DNA from: Macrostomum lignano
Taxonomy: Eukaryota
Assembly (NCBI GenBank): GCA_002269645.1
Contig: NIVC01001803.1
Location: 121,941 to 185,940 of the forward strand
DNA length: 64,000 nucleotides
Direction: 5' to 3'
The translations under genes and the position numbers were made by a program. Each line of letters opens with the position of its first letter. Position 1 is the stretch's first letter. Shown piece after piece: positions 23,373-49,000 of this stretch. The notes beneath the pieces are model-generated. The model searched no databases and was not told the DNA's origin. It saw nothing but the letters and a program-made list of their open reading frames with translations.

Positions 23373-23900
23373 ACTGACACTGACTGCTGACACTTGTCTC
23401 TATGCTGACACTAATTGCTGACACTTGACCCCATGCTGACACTGACTTCTGACACTTGTCCCTATGCTGACACTGATTGCTGACACTTGTGCCTATGCTG
23501 ACACTGACTGCTGACACTTATCCCTATGCTGACACTGACTGCTTACACTTATCCCTATGCTGACACTGACTGCTGACACGCGTCTCTATGCTGACACTGA
23601 TTGCTGACACGCGTCTCTATGCTGACACTGATTGCTGACACTTGACCCTATGCTGACACTGATTGCTGACACTTGTCTCTATGCTGACACTAATTGCTGA
23701 CACTTGACCTTATGCTGACACTAACTGCTGACACGCATCTCTATGCTGACACTGACTGCTGACACTTACCCCTATGCTGACACTGACTGCTGACACTTAC
23801 CCCTATGCTGACACTGACTGCTGACACTACTTATCCCTATGCTGACACCAACTGCTGACACGTGTCTCTATGCTGATACTTATCCCTACACTGACAAAAA
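23373..23900. repeat. ~31-bp minisatellite (ctgacactgactgctgacacttatccctatg)
   Basis: Direct reading; begins ~40 bp upstream of the TRAF acceptor. Confidence 0.93.
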
Positions 23901-24479
23901 TTGCTATAATATCCCTTTACTGACACTACAAATTATCCTGCTACCGGTAGCTACTGACACTTGTAGGAGCATCCTATCCTGCTAGCTGCTGACACTAATT
24001 GCTGACACTAGTTTCTGACACTAATTGCTGACAATGTATTCTGTCACTGACACTAAATAGCAACCAATTCTATAGATCTAGAACACTGCTGTGATAAGCG
24101 AAAATGTAAATAAGAAGACCACAAACAGACGAGCACTTAAACAAAGCACTTTGGCGAATTAAACGCATTTAGAAATTGGCTGCAACACAGTTTGATGAAG
24201 GAACGCTTAAACTGATGAAGCTAAAAAGAGAACAAAATAAACAGTTGGTGCTGGGAGCAACTGAGACAATGAATACTTATAGAAAATAAACTTGCAAACA
24301 AATTCAGATATTGCAATGCTGCACACGGGGTTTGACAAATATTTTACAGGCTGATCTTTTATTTGCTTTTAGACTGAGACAAGCAATTCAAGATTTGCTA
24401 ATCATTAGCTGGCGAACACATTGTGCCGCAATTAAAACTAATAAATTACTGCTGCTGCTGCGAATTCAACATTGAAGAG

Positions 24480-24960
24480 AAATCTCACCCTGCATCTCAC
24501 CTGTATCGCATACTGAATCTCACTTGTATCTGATTTGGAATCTCCCCCTGCATCTCATACTGAGTCTTACCATGCATTTTATGCGGAATCTCACCTTGAA
24601 TCTTATGCGGAATCTTACCCTGAATCTTATGCGGAATCTCACCCTGAATTTCATACTGAATTTCACCCTGCATCTCATACTGAATCTCACTCTGCATAAT
24701 ATACTGAATCTCACCCTGAATTTCATACTGAATTTCACCCTGCATCTCATACTGAATCTCACTCTGCATAATATACTGAATCTAACCCTGCATCTCATAC
24801 CGAATCTCACCCTGCATCTTATATTTAATCTGGCCATTCTCATTTTGATTCTTTTGATTCTTGAATCTCACTCACTATCTGTCTAATTCTCACCCTACAT
24901 TTCACTTTGAATCTCAACCTGCAAATCAATCTAAATCTCACCTTGTGTCTCATATACTGA
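24480..24960. repeat. Degenerate 12/24-bp repeat (ctgaatctcaccctgcatctcata)
   Basis: Direct reading; lies just 3' of the TPR stop. Confidence 0.85.
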
Positions 24961-25036
24961 CTCTCACCACATCAAAATGTCAATCCAGCAGTTTAAACAA
25001 CAGCAAAAAAGACAAACAAAAACACAAGTCGCCAGC

Positions 25037-39402
<14,366 letters not shown>

Positions 39403-41114
39403 TGACGACGAAGTTGGACCCGCTTCTTCGTCTGGCGCTGATGCAGACAGGAAGTAATGAGGTTGCATTGCACAAGTGTCCGAACAGTGTCCGGAGGTCC
39501 GGGTGTACATCTCACCCAACTCATGATATTTTGAGCAGTGTGTAGCAATTTGGGGACACAAACTTATCACATTTCATAGGAAATCTGAGCGCCAACAAAA
39601 CATATGCAGGCTGTGTGCAGAGTTAGGTGCCTTCTCAAGGAGACAAATTTCTTCCGAATGGGTTGAGAATTGAACCCCCTTAACCTTTCATTTCAGTCTG
39701 ACCACCTAACCACTAGGCTACAGCCTCTTACCACATACTATAGATGCTATGATGTTTTTTTTTCTAGACACCCAGAGACTGTCTACCAGAGTGTCTGCAG
39801 AAAAGCTTTTTGCTACCTTTTGTCTGCCTGTTTGCTGCCCTCCCCCTCATTTTCTGTCTGTTCTCTACCTTCTTGTTTGTAGCCACGGGTATCTCTCCTG
39901 AGGTCACAATGGTGGCCTGTTTTCCTTTTCATGAGCTAGTCATATGACAAGCCTTGTTTTCTTGTAGTCCTAAAGTGCAGTAAACATATTTGCTACACTT
40001 GCTGGTCTGTGTCGATAGGAAATCACATGCCCGGGAGCCCTTGCCAGAGGTGACTCATGTTTCTAAAAATAGACACTGAGTCACACAGCCCTGTGCACTT
40101 TGCCTGGGGACCCTGCATTCACTCTGGCAGGAAGTGACATCAGTTCTAAAAAAGAAAAAGTCAGAAGGTCTTGTGCACAAAGGTGCACTAGGGATTCTTG
40201 GGCTATAAATACAGACTCCCTTCACCCTTGGTTCAGTCAAGCCCTATTGGAATAAATGTTGAAAACTCGCAAACGCACGCTTTAGAAAAGAGTCAAACTA
40301 TTTTATTGAGCTTTAGGATTATTCAAGATGTTCCATTTTGTCGAAATCAAAATTTGCTAACTTTCCAAAATAGAAATTGAAATTTTCCTAAATAAAAGTT
40401 CAAAAAAAGTTTAGTTTAGTAAGTTTAGTATGACCAACATTCACTTTTTACCTTCAATTTACTGCTTATGCAAAATGAAATACATGTATATGTAGCAGAA
40501 ATTAGTTTATTTTAGCGACTTTTTAGACACTTCCAAAATTTTGACTTCTAAATTTTTTTTGAAATTGAAATTTGCTCTTAAAAAATTCAAATTTTGGAAA
40601 ATGAAATTGAAATTTTGGAACTTCTCTAAGCTTGATAAATTATGAGTGTATAGACCTCTAAGGGCCATGGCCGTGGCATGATGCAAATTCACATCAAATG
40701 CAAAAATAACACGGATACGCAAATTCTATCACCCCATTGCAAAAATTGAAGGCAATAGAGAATGCAAAAAAAAACAAAATGCTTCTTATAAGTTTTTCTA
40801 AAGAATTGTGTTGTGTAATAGGCCTTCATACAAATGGTTATTAAATAAATTTGACTATTGAATTCTTTATTTTTTTTTCTTTATTGTGCAGTACTTGAAT
40901 AAAAAAAGCTATCACCATGTTTTTTATTGTCTTAATCAAACATTTTATTTTGTTAAATGCGTAGATTTTTAAGATTTGGCTAATAATAAACACCATGAGA
41001 TAGATAGATGTGTTATCTATGCAACTATGGATTTGTAAAAGCTAGTACAGTTTGCTTGTACCTTTCTTTCATCTTGACACTTTCAGCCATTCAACAACTC
41101 AATCTTGCGCCTCC

Positions 41115-43530
41115 ATGAGCCTAAGTAATAGCCCGAGGTTACCAGTGGCTTGGAATGAAGACTGGCTAGAGCGCATTGATAACAATGGCAAAAAGATTGG
41201 CATCTGGGCAAAGAAGCTCAACAGCGAGAGTAGCACAGTGCGCTGCAACTGGTGTGCCAAAACTTTTGAAATAAAAAGTTGACTGACCAACTTTAGAAGC
41301 CACGCAGAGGCTGGCAAACATAAAAAGATTTTGTCCAGCAGAAAGAACTGCACTTCACTGCTGGTGGTGACTCAAACCCAAACTGATGTTGAAGGTGCTG
41401 CTGAAGCCAGCTCAGGCAATACATTTGCTTCAACTACATTAGACACAAGCAGTACAATTGCTGATACATGGGCAGCTGAAATTGGATATGTTACAAGACT
41501 TATAATCAAGGCACACAGCTTCGAATCAGAAGATCTCACTGAGAATATTGCTGCAATTTGTCGAGATTCAAAGATTCCTCCCCGTATGCAGCTCCATGAA
41601 AGCAAGATTGCTTATCTCCTTTAGGATGCATTGTTTCTATACATCAGAGAAGTAGTGCTGCAAGAGATCCGCACAGCTAAATGGTTCTCGCTCCAAATCA
41701 ATGAGGCTAATAAAGGATCCAAATACCTTGGAGTAGTTGCCCGCTTCCTGCCCAGCTTGTCTTTTGACGTTAAAGTGGTCTGCATTGACTTGTGTAAGTT
41801 AAAGTCTACAACAGCAGAGGCAATGGCGACTTCCATCCATCAGTCAATGTTGGAGTGTAGAATCAATAGCAACAACTGTCTCTCTATTATGAGTGACAGT
41901 TATAATGCTATGTGTGGTGTCAAGAGTGGTACAGTTGTTAGGCTAAAAACCAACGGGTTTCCTAACATAATCAATCTAGGAGGCTGTTCCTTACACCATA
42001 TCACTAACGTGGCTAGATATGCCTGTGGTTCTTCAGACCTTGGAATGTCAATAGAACACTTGCTTAAGGAGATCTACGCCTTCTTTAAGATAGTGCAATT
42101 GGATGGTTTTGATGACATTCTAGCTGACAGCTTCTGTGAGATAAAGAAGCTCGCATTCCTCAGACCTGTGGACACCTGGTGGCTCTAAGTGCTGCCTATC
42201 CTTGAACAAGTGCTCTATCTATATGCACCAATTGATAAGTTTTTTTTGGAACTGAACATCAAGAGTAGGGACTCAGGGCTGCACACTGGTACCATAAAAA
42301 GGCCCTAAGAGATCCAAAGACTGAGTTCTTTCTTTGCTTCTTAGTCAAGGTTTTGCAGCCACTTTAGCATTTTGAGCTTCTTTTCCAGCAGGAAAGCTCC
42401 TAGCTCCACATCCTACACATTCAAATGCTAGACTTGATAAAGTGCTAGCTGATGCAATTTGTAGATTTGGCCAAGCTTTCCAAGTGGCATCCATGGAAAG
42501 TCAACTTGGATGATCCAGCTGTCTGGCTAGGGCCCTATAGCATTAGGATGGGTGAGCCAGCAAAGGGATTGTTTGTTGACATGAGTGCTAACGACTAGCA
42601 AGTGTGTCTTTAAGCAATGAAAAAATTCTTCCAAGTTGGAACTGAAAAACTAAGGGACTACTTGCCCTTCAAGAGTAAGTTCGTCAAAGCCTGAAAATGC
42701 TGGATCTGAAGGAGCAGTGTAATTTATTGTATGTTAAGTGGGTTACAACCCTTGCGGCGGAAATGTAATTTGCTTTCACTGACATGGAGATTGGCAATGT
42801 GGAAGTTGAGGTATGTCTACACCAGATAGAGATTCTAGAGTTAGAGTTGTCAAATGTTATTGAGCTTTGGGAGTCTGTATCTAAGGCTAGTAATCATCCT
42901 CTATCAGATTTGTCAAAGCACTTCTTATTCTCCCACATGGGAATGCTGAATTTGAGTGAGTCTTGAGTCTGGTTTATGGTTTGGGACACAGTTACTAAGA
43001 AGCAAATGAGTTCGGCACCCTTCACTGTCAAGGCCTTAAGTTAATTGTCACTTGTTCCTGTTTGTCTATAAAGAAATAGACTGCTGCAAATCTGCCCGTC
43101 ACCTTAGCTCTCTGAACATGTGCGCAAGTGCTCATTTGGCATACTGACAGAGACTGAAGGATAAGGCAGCAGAAGCAAAGTGAGAGCGCTATAAAAAGCT
43201 AACGAAAGGGGTGCTCACTAAAGTGGAGGCAAAAAAGAAAGCTAGCAAGCAATTCAGCTCTTTGCAAATGGATGTTTCAAATGCAATGGAAATTAGGGAA
43301 AAAAAGAAGAGTGTTGCACTTCTGTTGCTTAAAGAAGCTTAGTAGAAAGCAGAGATGCACGAAAATGAGCTTGAAGAGCTTCGAAAGGCGAAGGATCATA
43401 TTTGGAAAAGGAATGAAGAAGAGTTAGAGCGAATTATGCAATTAGTTTTAAAGAGGAAGACTGCTGAGCTGGCAGCTATGACACCTTTGCTTGCATCTAT
43501 TGCCCAGAAAAAGTTTCAACGTGACTGACT
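41115..43530 (+). pseudogene. Decayed hAT transposase
   Basis: N-terminal zinc finger (W...W...C.WC...H). WFSLQINE (first catalytic D now N), SDS.NAM.G.K.G, CSLH (CxxH), TWWL (from TRWL), and PHGNAEFE (dimerisation domain) across a frameshift. Many stops. Confidence 0.88.
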
Positions 43531-43639
43531 TGACTAATCCTTTGCATTAATATAGACTGTAGTAGGCCCTAGTAGGTAGCAGGACTCATTGACAGTTGAC
43601 ACTCTACTTATTTAAGCTGTTTTTTTATGAGTGTAACAT

Positions 43640-43975
43640 ACACCGCACGTTATTACGCATGTTATTCCGCATGCTATTCCGCACGTCATTCCGCACGTTC
43701 CGCTAGTTATTCCGCATGTTCTGCATATTGTTCCGCACGGTATTCCGCACGTTATTCCGCACATTATTCCGCATGTTATTCCGTACGTTATTCCGCACGT
43801 TTTTCCGCACGTTATTCCGTACGTTATTCCGCACGTTATTCCGCACTATATTCCGTACGTTATTCCGCACGTTATTCCGCACGTTATTCCGCATGTTATT
43901 CCGGACGTTATTCCGCACATTATTCCGCACGTTATTCCGCTCCGCATGTTATTCCGTACGTTATTCCGCACATTA
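43640..43975 (+). repeat. Left foldback arm: 12-bp array (ttattccgcacg)
   Basis: Direct reading. Confidence 0.95.
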
Positions 43976-44108
43976 GTCCGCACATCTACTTTTTAAACAT
44001 ATTCCCCACCATTAATTAAGCTATTTCTAGTTTAACTTACATGTCCGATACATGATTTCCACGAAAAAACGTGAAGATATAGTTTTAATAAGTATAACGA
44101 TATGCATA

Positions 44109-44468
44109 GGGGGGGCGTAGCCCAGCGGTAGCGCAGCTGCTCTGGTGTGCCAGTGACCCAGGCTCGATTCCAAGTACAGTCACATTAGTTTGGGGCTGAA
44201 TTGGAATCTCGGCTTGGCTATGCTCGTGCAATTAACGGCCTTGAGAGCCAACCCTCCACGGCGCAGTGAAGTGTACATGCCTAACGATAATATAAAGTTA
44301 GGGCCGCTGTACACTCCTGTGTGATTGTGTGCCTGCGTACGTATCCGCGCGCTTGTATGCCTGCTCAGGGGAGTCGGCGGAATGGGCAGTAATGCCTCTC
44401 ACCGGTTGTGTGCCTATGTCGCTTAAAGTGCGCCAGGGTGCACACCCCCCTGCCTCTAATAAAAAAAT
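44109..44468 (+). mobile_element. tRNA-derived SINE
   Basis: Head with A box (GGCGTAGCCCAGCGGTAG) and B box (GGCTCGATTCC). Tail aataaaaaaa. 10-bp TSD GATATGCATA at 44099-44108 and 44469-44478. Confidence 0.8.
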
Positions 44469-45197
44469 GATATGCATAAAATGCGAAGGTAAAAATAATG
44501 CGTCATTAGCTAAATGCTTTTAGAGCATAATTAAAGCAGAATTACATGCATATTTAAAGATTTTCTTACTTTTGGTTCATTTTGTTATAACTTTTAGCAA
44601 CTACGCAGATTTTTGAAAAACGTTCTCTTATTGCTACCCGAACAATCACTACACGCGACCTGCTGCGGAACTTAGTAGTTCAAATGTACCTTACAATATA
44701 TGGTTATATGGCCTGGTCAAATAGGCATAGGCTCATTGAATTTTTTCTATTCATTCCAATTTTGAATTGGCTATAGGCAAAATGAAGCCGTTACCATGCC
44801 ACCTACTACTGACAAAATAAGTTTTTACCTGCAATTGTTTGATGTATAGGTTTTTCATTTTGAGATATCGTAGTGTCATGACAAAACAAAATTCTAATTG
44901 ACAAGACAATTGATGATTTTGGATCTTTGAACCAAACTTACATATATTCAGCTATTTGTATAATATAGTCTGCCAAGTAGTGAACATATGTATAAATTCA
45001 GATGCTATTGACTTTATGAGCATGCTATTCTAATTTTTAAAACTTCCTGAATTTTTTGTTATTGAATTATTTCATAATTTTACTATGCTTGTTAATAAAT
45101 TGGCTCATATATTATGCATTCATTTCAGCCATTCCAGCCATTTAGCCCTCTTCAAGCAACAATTTAATTCTGGTCAATCTTTTGATTTCCTCAAGAT

Positions 45198-45563
45198 ATG
45201 TTTGCACCAGGTGCATTTAATGACGAGTATTTGGACGTCTTATTGGCTGCCTTGCTTGCTGCTCGTGTTGAAAATGTGGTCTTTTTTGGCTTACACATGG
45301 TCCATGCTTTTCTTAAAGGAGGCATGGCATCTTTGATTGTGCTGTCTGACTGTCTTGATGACGCCGAAAATAAGATTCTTGAAGAAATGTGCAAGAGGTG
45401 TGATGTACCCCTTACTACGATTCCGGCTGATAAATTCAATTTATTAAATCCTCCTAATGATGTGACCAATGCAGCCGTCATCAATCAAAATTTACTATCG
45501 ATGTCTAATAGAGAAGTTTTGTGCAAGGCCATTCGTGAATTAAAACGGCACACAGCCAAGTAA
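45198..45563 (+). CDS. L7Ae/L30e/S12e/Gadd45-fold protein, 121 aa, intronless, inside the MULE
   Basis: AALLAAR..NVVFFGLHMVHAFLKGGMASLIVLSDCLD...ILEEMCKRCDVPL follows the family pattern (helix-G, basic/Gly loop, L-I-V-L strand, helix ending C...VP). By eye it aligns with L30e G.K..LK.L..GKAKLVILA.NC and S12e GIREAAKAL...AHLCVLASNCD. Confidence 0.7.
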   Translation: MFAPGAFNDEYLDVLLAALLAARVENVVFFGLHMVHAFLKGGMASLIVLSDCLDDAENKILEEMCKRCDVPLTTIPADKFNLLNPPNDVTNAAVINQNLLSMSNREVLCKAIRELKRHTAK

Positions 45564-46094
45564 GTCAAGTTACCTAGATTCTAAAAGCTTGCTACGAGGA
45601 AGGCAAGTGTTGTTACTTAAAAATAAATGGGAATCCCCGGCCGTCTCAGTGCCAATGAATCGGCATCCTGCAGCCTAAAAATCTTTATTCCATATGCTTG
45701 CCTTTTTTGAAAATCTTACCTCGAAATTATAACATTTCTATGCTACACCATCGTTCCACGTACTTATTAAAACCATTTTTACACGGGCCTTCCTTTTTTC
45801 TTGTGGCTATTATATATATAACTTACTGTAAATAACCTTGTTGTAACTCTACATGGAATTTGTGGGAATTTTTTTAAGTTACAATAGTATTAGATTTTTA
45901 AACGAATTTTACTAACGACACAAATAAGTTTTCATACATTCAAGCCAAAATAAGCCCTATTTAAATTATTTAAGGAATATACATGTACATTTCTTCCCGA
46001 AACTACCAGACCACGCGATAACGCAGCTGGCGCCTCTGCTTCCGGTTCAGCGGCTGCCTCCCATGCTTTTGATCGCAATGCAGCTCAGAATTTG

Positions 46095-49000
46095 ATGGAC
46101 TTTGCTACTACTCCTGGAACTACCAATCCCACGACTGAGTCTGGTGCCAATGAAACTGCTGCTCCCGAGTCTCAATCCGCGGCCTTTGAGACTACAAAGT
46201 TATTGGCCACAGAGGTTGGTGTGCGGATGTACGAGCGTAGCATTTTTTGCAACTAATTTTCATTTAAAATAAACGATTTCATTTGCTATTCTTAAGAAAA
46301 TCTTTTGTTTTTTAGTACAGTTATATTTTGCGACTCAATCTTGAAACTTTTGTAATATTATTTGGTTCTCTTTCGTCTCCCTATGTTAGGCTCGGTCGAT
46401 CAGCATCCCAGCAAACGTTTTCAAGCGGCACACTGAGGTGAAGGTGAAGGATGGAAAGGAGTGCATTGCCATGAAATCCTCATGGATAACGGAGGTTGTC
46501 CGACCGTTGCTTGCAGAAAGTGGTGAGCATTGCGCTGTGCATATCGACAAGCAGGTGCTGAGGCCCTACAAGAAAAGGAAAACTGCTGCTGCTTACTGGC
46601 TACGATTACGATGCGCTGAAGGGGGTGGCTGTCGCTGCAGTTTTATATTTGTATTCAACGAACTTCCGGTTAAAACTGATGCTGCACTTGCGTTTAGGAC
46701 CCAAGGAGAGCACGAAGGTCATGAAGCTTGTACCCCAAAGGAGAACATACGTCACCTGTGGCAACGCGGCTCATCCGAGGCCCGCGCCTTCGTTCAAGAA
46801 GAGGCAATGCAGCGCGGCGCTAGTGCAACTGAAATTTACGAGCAAAACGTAAGCAATTTTTTAAAAAAAGGTTGTTCTCTTTCTGCTGTGCGCCAGACTG
46901 TACACAGAGTGCGGTCGTCAGAAGATAAAGAGAACGACGAGATGAGAGATGTACTGAATCAGCGTCTTGATTGGCAAATCGCGATGCCGAGAAGCAAGCG
47001 CGGTGTGGCTGGATTCATCCAGCATGTCTCTGCGGCGCCCATATCTGTTACACTCTATCGCACCGAACAGATGGAACTTTTACAAAGTGTTTTAAGAAAG
47101 GATCCGATGACTCCTATCCACCTTGATGCTACGGGAGGCCTTATTCGGCAATCTGCGGTTGTTCCAGCCAATGTCCTGTTTTGCAGTGCGGTTATTTCCG
47201 ATAGGAAGGGAAGCAACATTGTTGCTGTACCACTCACGGAAGCCATCTTAGAGATCACGCAAACGGAAAACGTCGCTCATTGGATTGATAACTTCCTTCT
47301 TAATTTTGCCCGCTTCCGAGACCGTGGGATCTGGGAAGCTGGCAGCAAAGGACCGCAGCTATACGTTAGTGATTGTAGTTGGGTTTTTATTCACGCTATT
47401 CTTCGCTCCGCCGCTTCGATGAATATCGGAGGATACCTAAAGACTCAGTTCAAGCGCCTGATTGGTAAAGACCCAGGCTCCTCCCCTGTGCCTATGATAT
47501 TTTTATGTACGTCCCACTTCATTAAGAGAGTCGCTCTAACGATTAGCATCAAGAAGTCACATGTTCGACAAACTTTTCTGCTTGCCTTTGCACAAATTAT
47601 CCTAGCTCCAACGGTAAAATCCGCAGTTATTACATGGAAACTTATGCTTTGTGTTTTTGGATCGCGGACAAAAACCAGTCAGTTTAAGAGTGCTTACAGG
47701 GATTTGCGTAAACTTGTAAATAAGCTACCCGAGGAGTACCACGAGACAGTTAAGTCTCTGCCTTTGGATGAAGAACTGTCCGCTGCACAAACCAAGCTGG
47801 GATGCCCTAGTTTTCGTCCTGCCACTCAAACCCTTCGCAATGAGTCACCTTTTGCGGCACTTTTTGACTGCACCGAAATCTCTGAAGAGTTGGGTACTCC
47901 AAATGAACTCTTTCAGTTTAGTGCCCTAAGAAAAGTGCATGCCTTGTGGCTTCCACTTCTGCCTCTGTGGAGCACATGCGTTTTTCAAGGAACGACTAAA
48001 AGCAACCAGCATTTTACTAACGCCCCTGTAGAGACGTGGTTCAGATGGATAAAGTCGCAATTGCTTCGTCAGCCGGGAGCTCGACTAAAACTAAATCGTT
48101 TCGTGCGATGCCACTTTCAGTGCGTCAAGCAGCGTTTAGACCGAGTCACACATGAAATGAAGCAGCAACATCTACCCCCTAAAATGGCACGCAAAAGGCA
48201 CGCTTTGAACGATGAAACGTCTGCACACGGCCCTATGGGTGATGGTTGGACCAAGGCTTCAAAGCGGGCTCGACGAAGCTACTTAAAAGGAACGCAGCTT
48301 TCTCCTCTGCCCAGCAGCGACGACGAAGTCAGCGACGACGGCAGCAATATATGCATTCACGGGGACGATACAGACACTGACAAGCAGTACAGCGTCGGCA
48401 ATAACAGAAAAGAATATGGTGAGGAGGAATACAAGCAGGACAGTGACGACGATGGCAATGATGAAGATGTAGACGGTGATGAGGAGGAATACAAGCAGGA
48501 CAGTGACGACGATGGCAACGAGGAAGATGTAGACGTTGATGAGGCGGAAGACAAGCAGGACAGTGACGATGATGGCAATGAGGAAGATGTAGACATTGAT
48601 GAGGCGGAAATCAAGCAGGACAGTGACGATGATGGCAACAAGGAAGATGTAGACGGTGATGAGGCGGAAGACAAGCAGGACAGTGACGACGATGGCAACG
48701 AGGAAGATGTAGATGGTGATGAGGCGGAAGACAAGCAGGACAGTGACGACGATGGCAACGAGGAAGATGTAGACGGTGGCGAGACAGACCCATGCAAGTA
48801 TGACAGCAACAAAAGCGGCAATGAAGGGAGTGGCGACGGAAATGGTAACCAGGATGGTCGCTCCAATCAAGTAAAGAAATCACAGATAAAGAAGAAACCT
48901 AAAGAGCCAAAAATTTCGCGTTCGGCTTTAGTCCACTGTTTTACAACAGTAGGAAATCATGGATCATTCATTATTCGTCGTTTTGACCGGGATTCCTTGC

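Noticed and set aside
21763-23517. 584-aa single-exon ORF
   Set aside because: It reads through the TRAF intron and shifts out of the TRAF frame; the spliced model fits better.
39700-40260. Possible solo LTR or promoter with TATAAATA at ~40204
   Set aside because: No second copy, TG..CA ends, PBS or PPT identified.
44109-44185. Functional tRNA gene
   Set aside because: No acceptor-stem closure or proper anticodon arm; it continues into a body with A tail and TSD, so it is a SINE head.
48283-48883. Minus-strand hydrophobic and Ser-rich ORFs resembling membrane proteins
   Set aside because: Antisense of the acidic 60-bp coding repeat.
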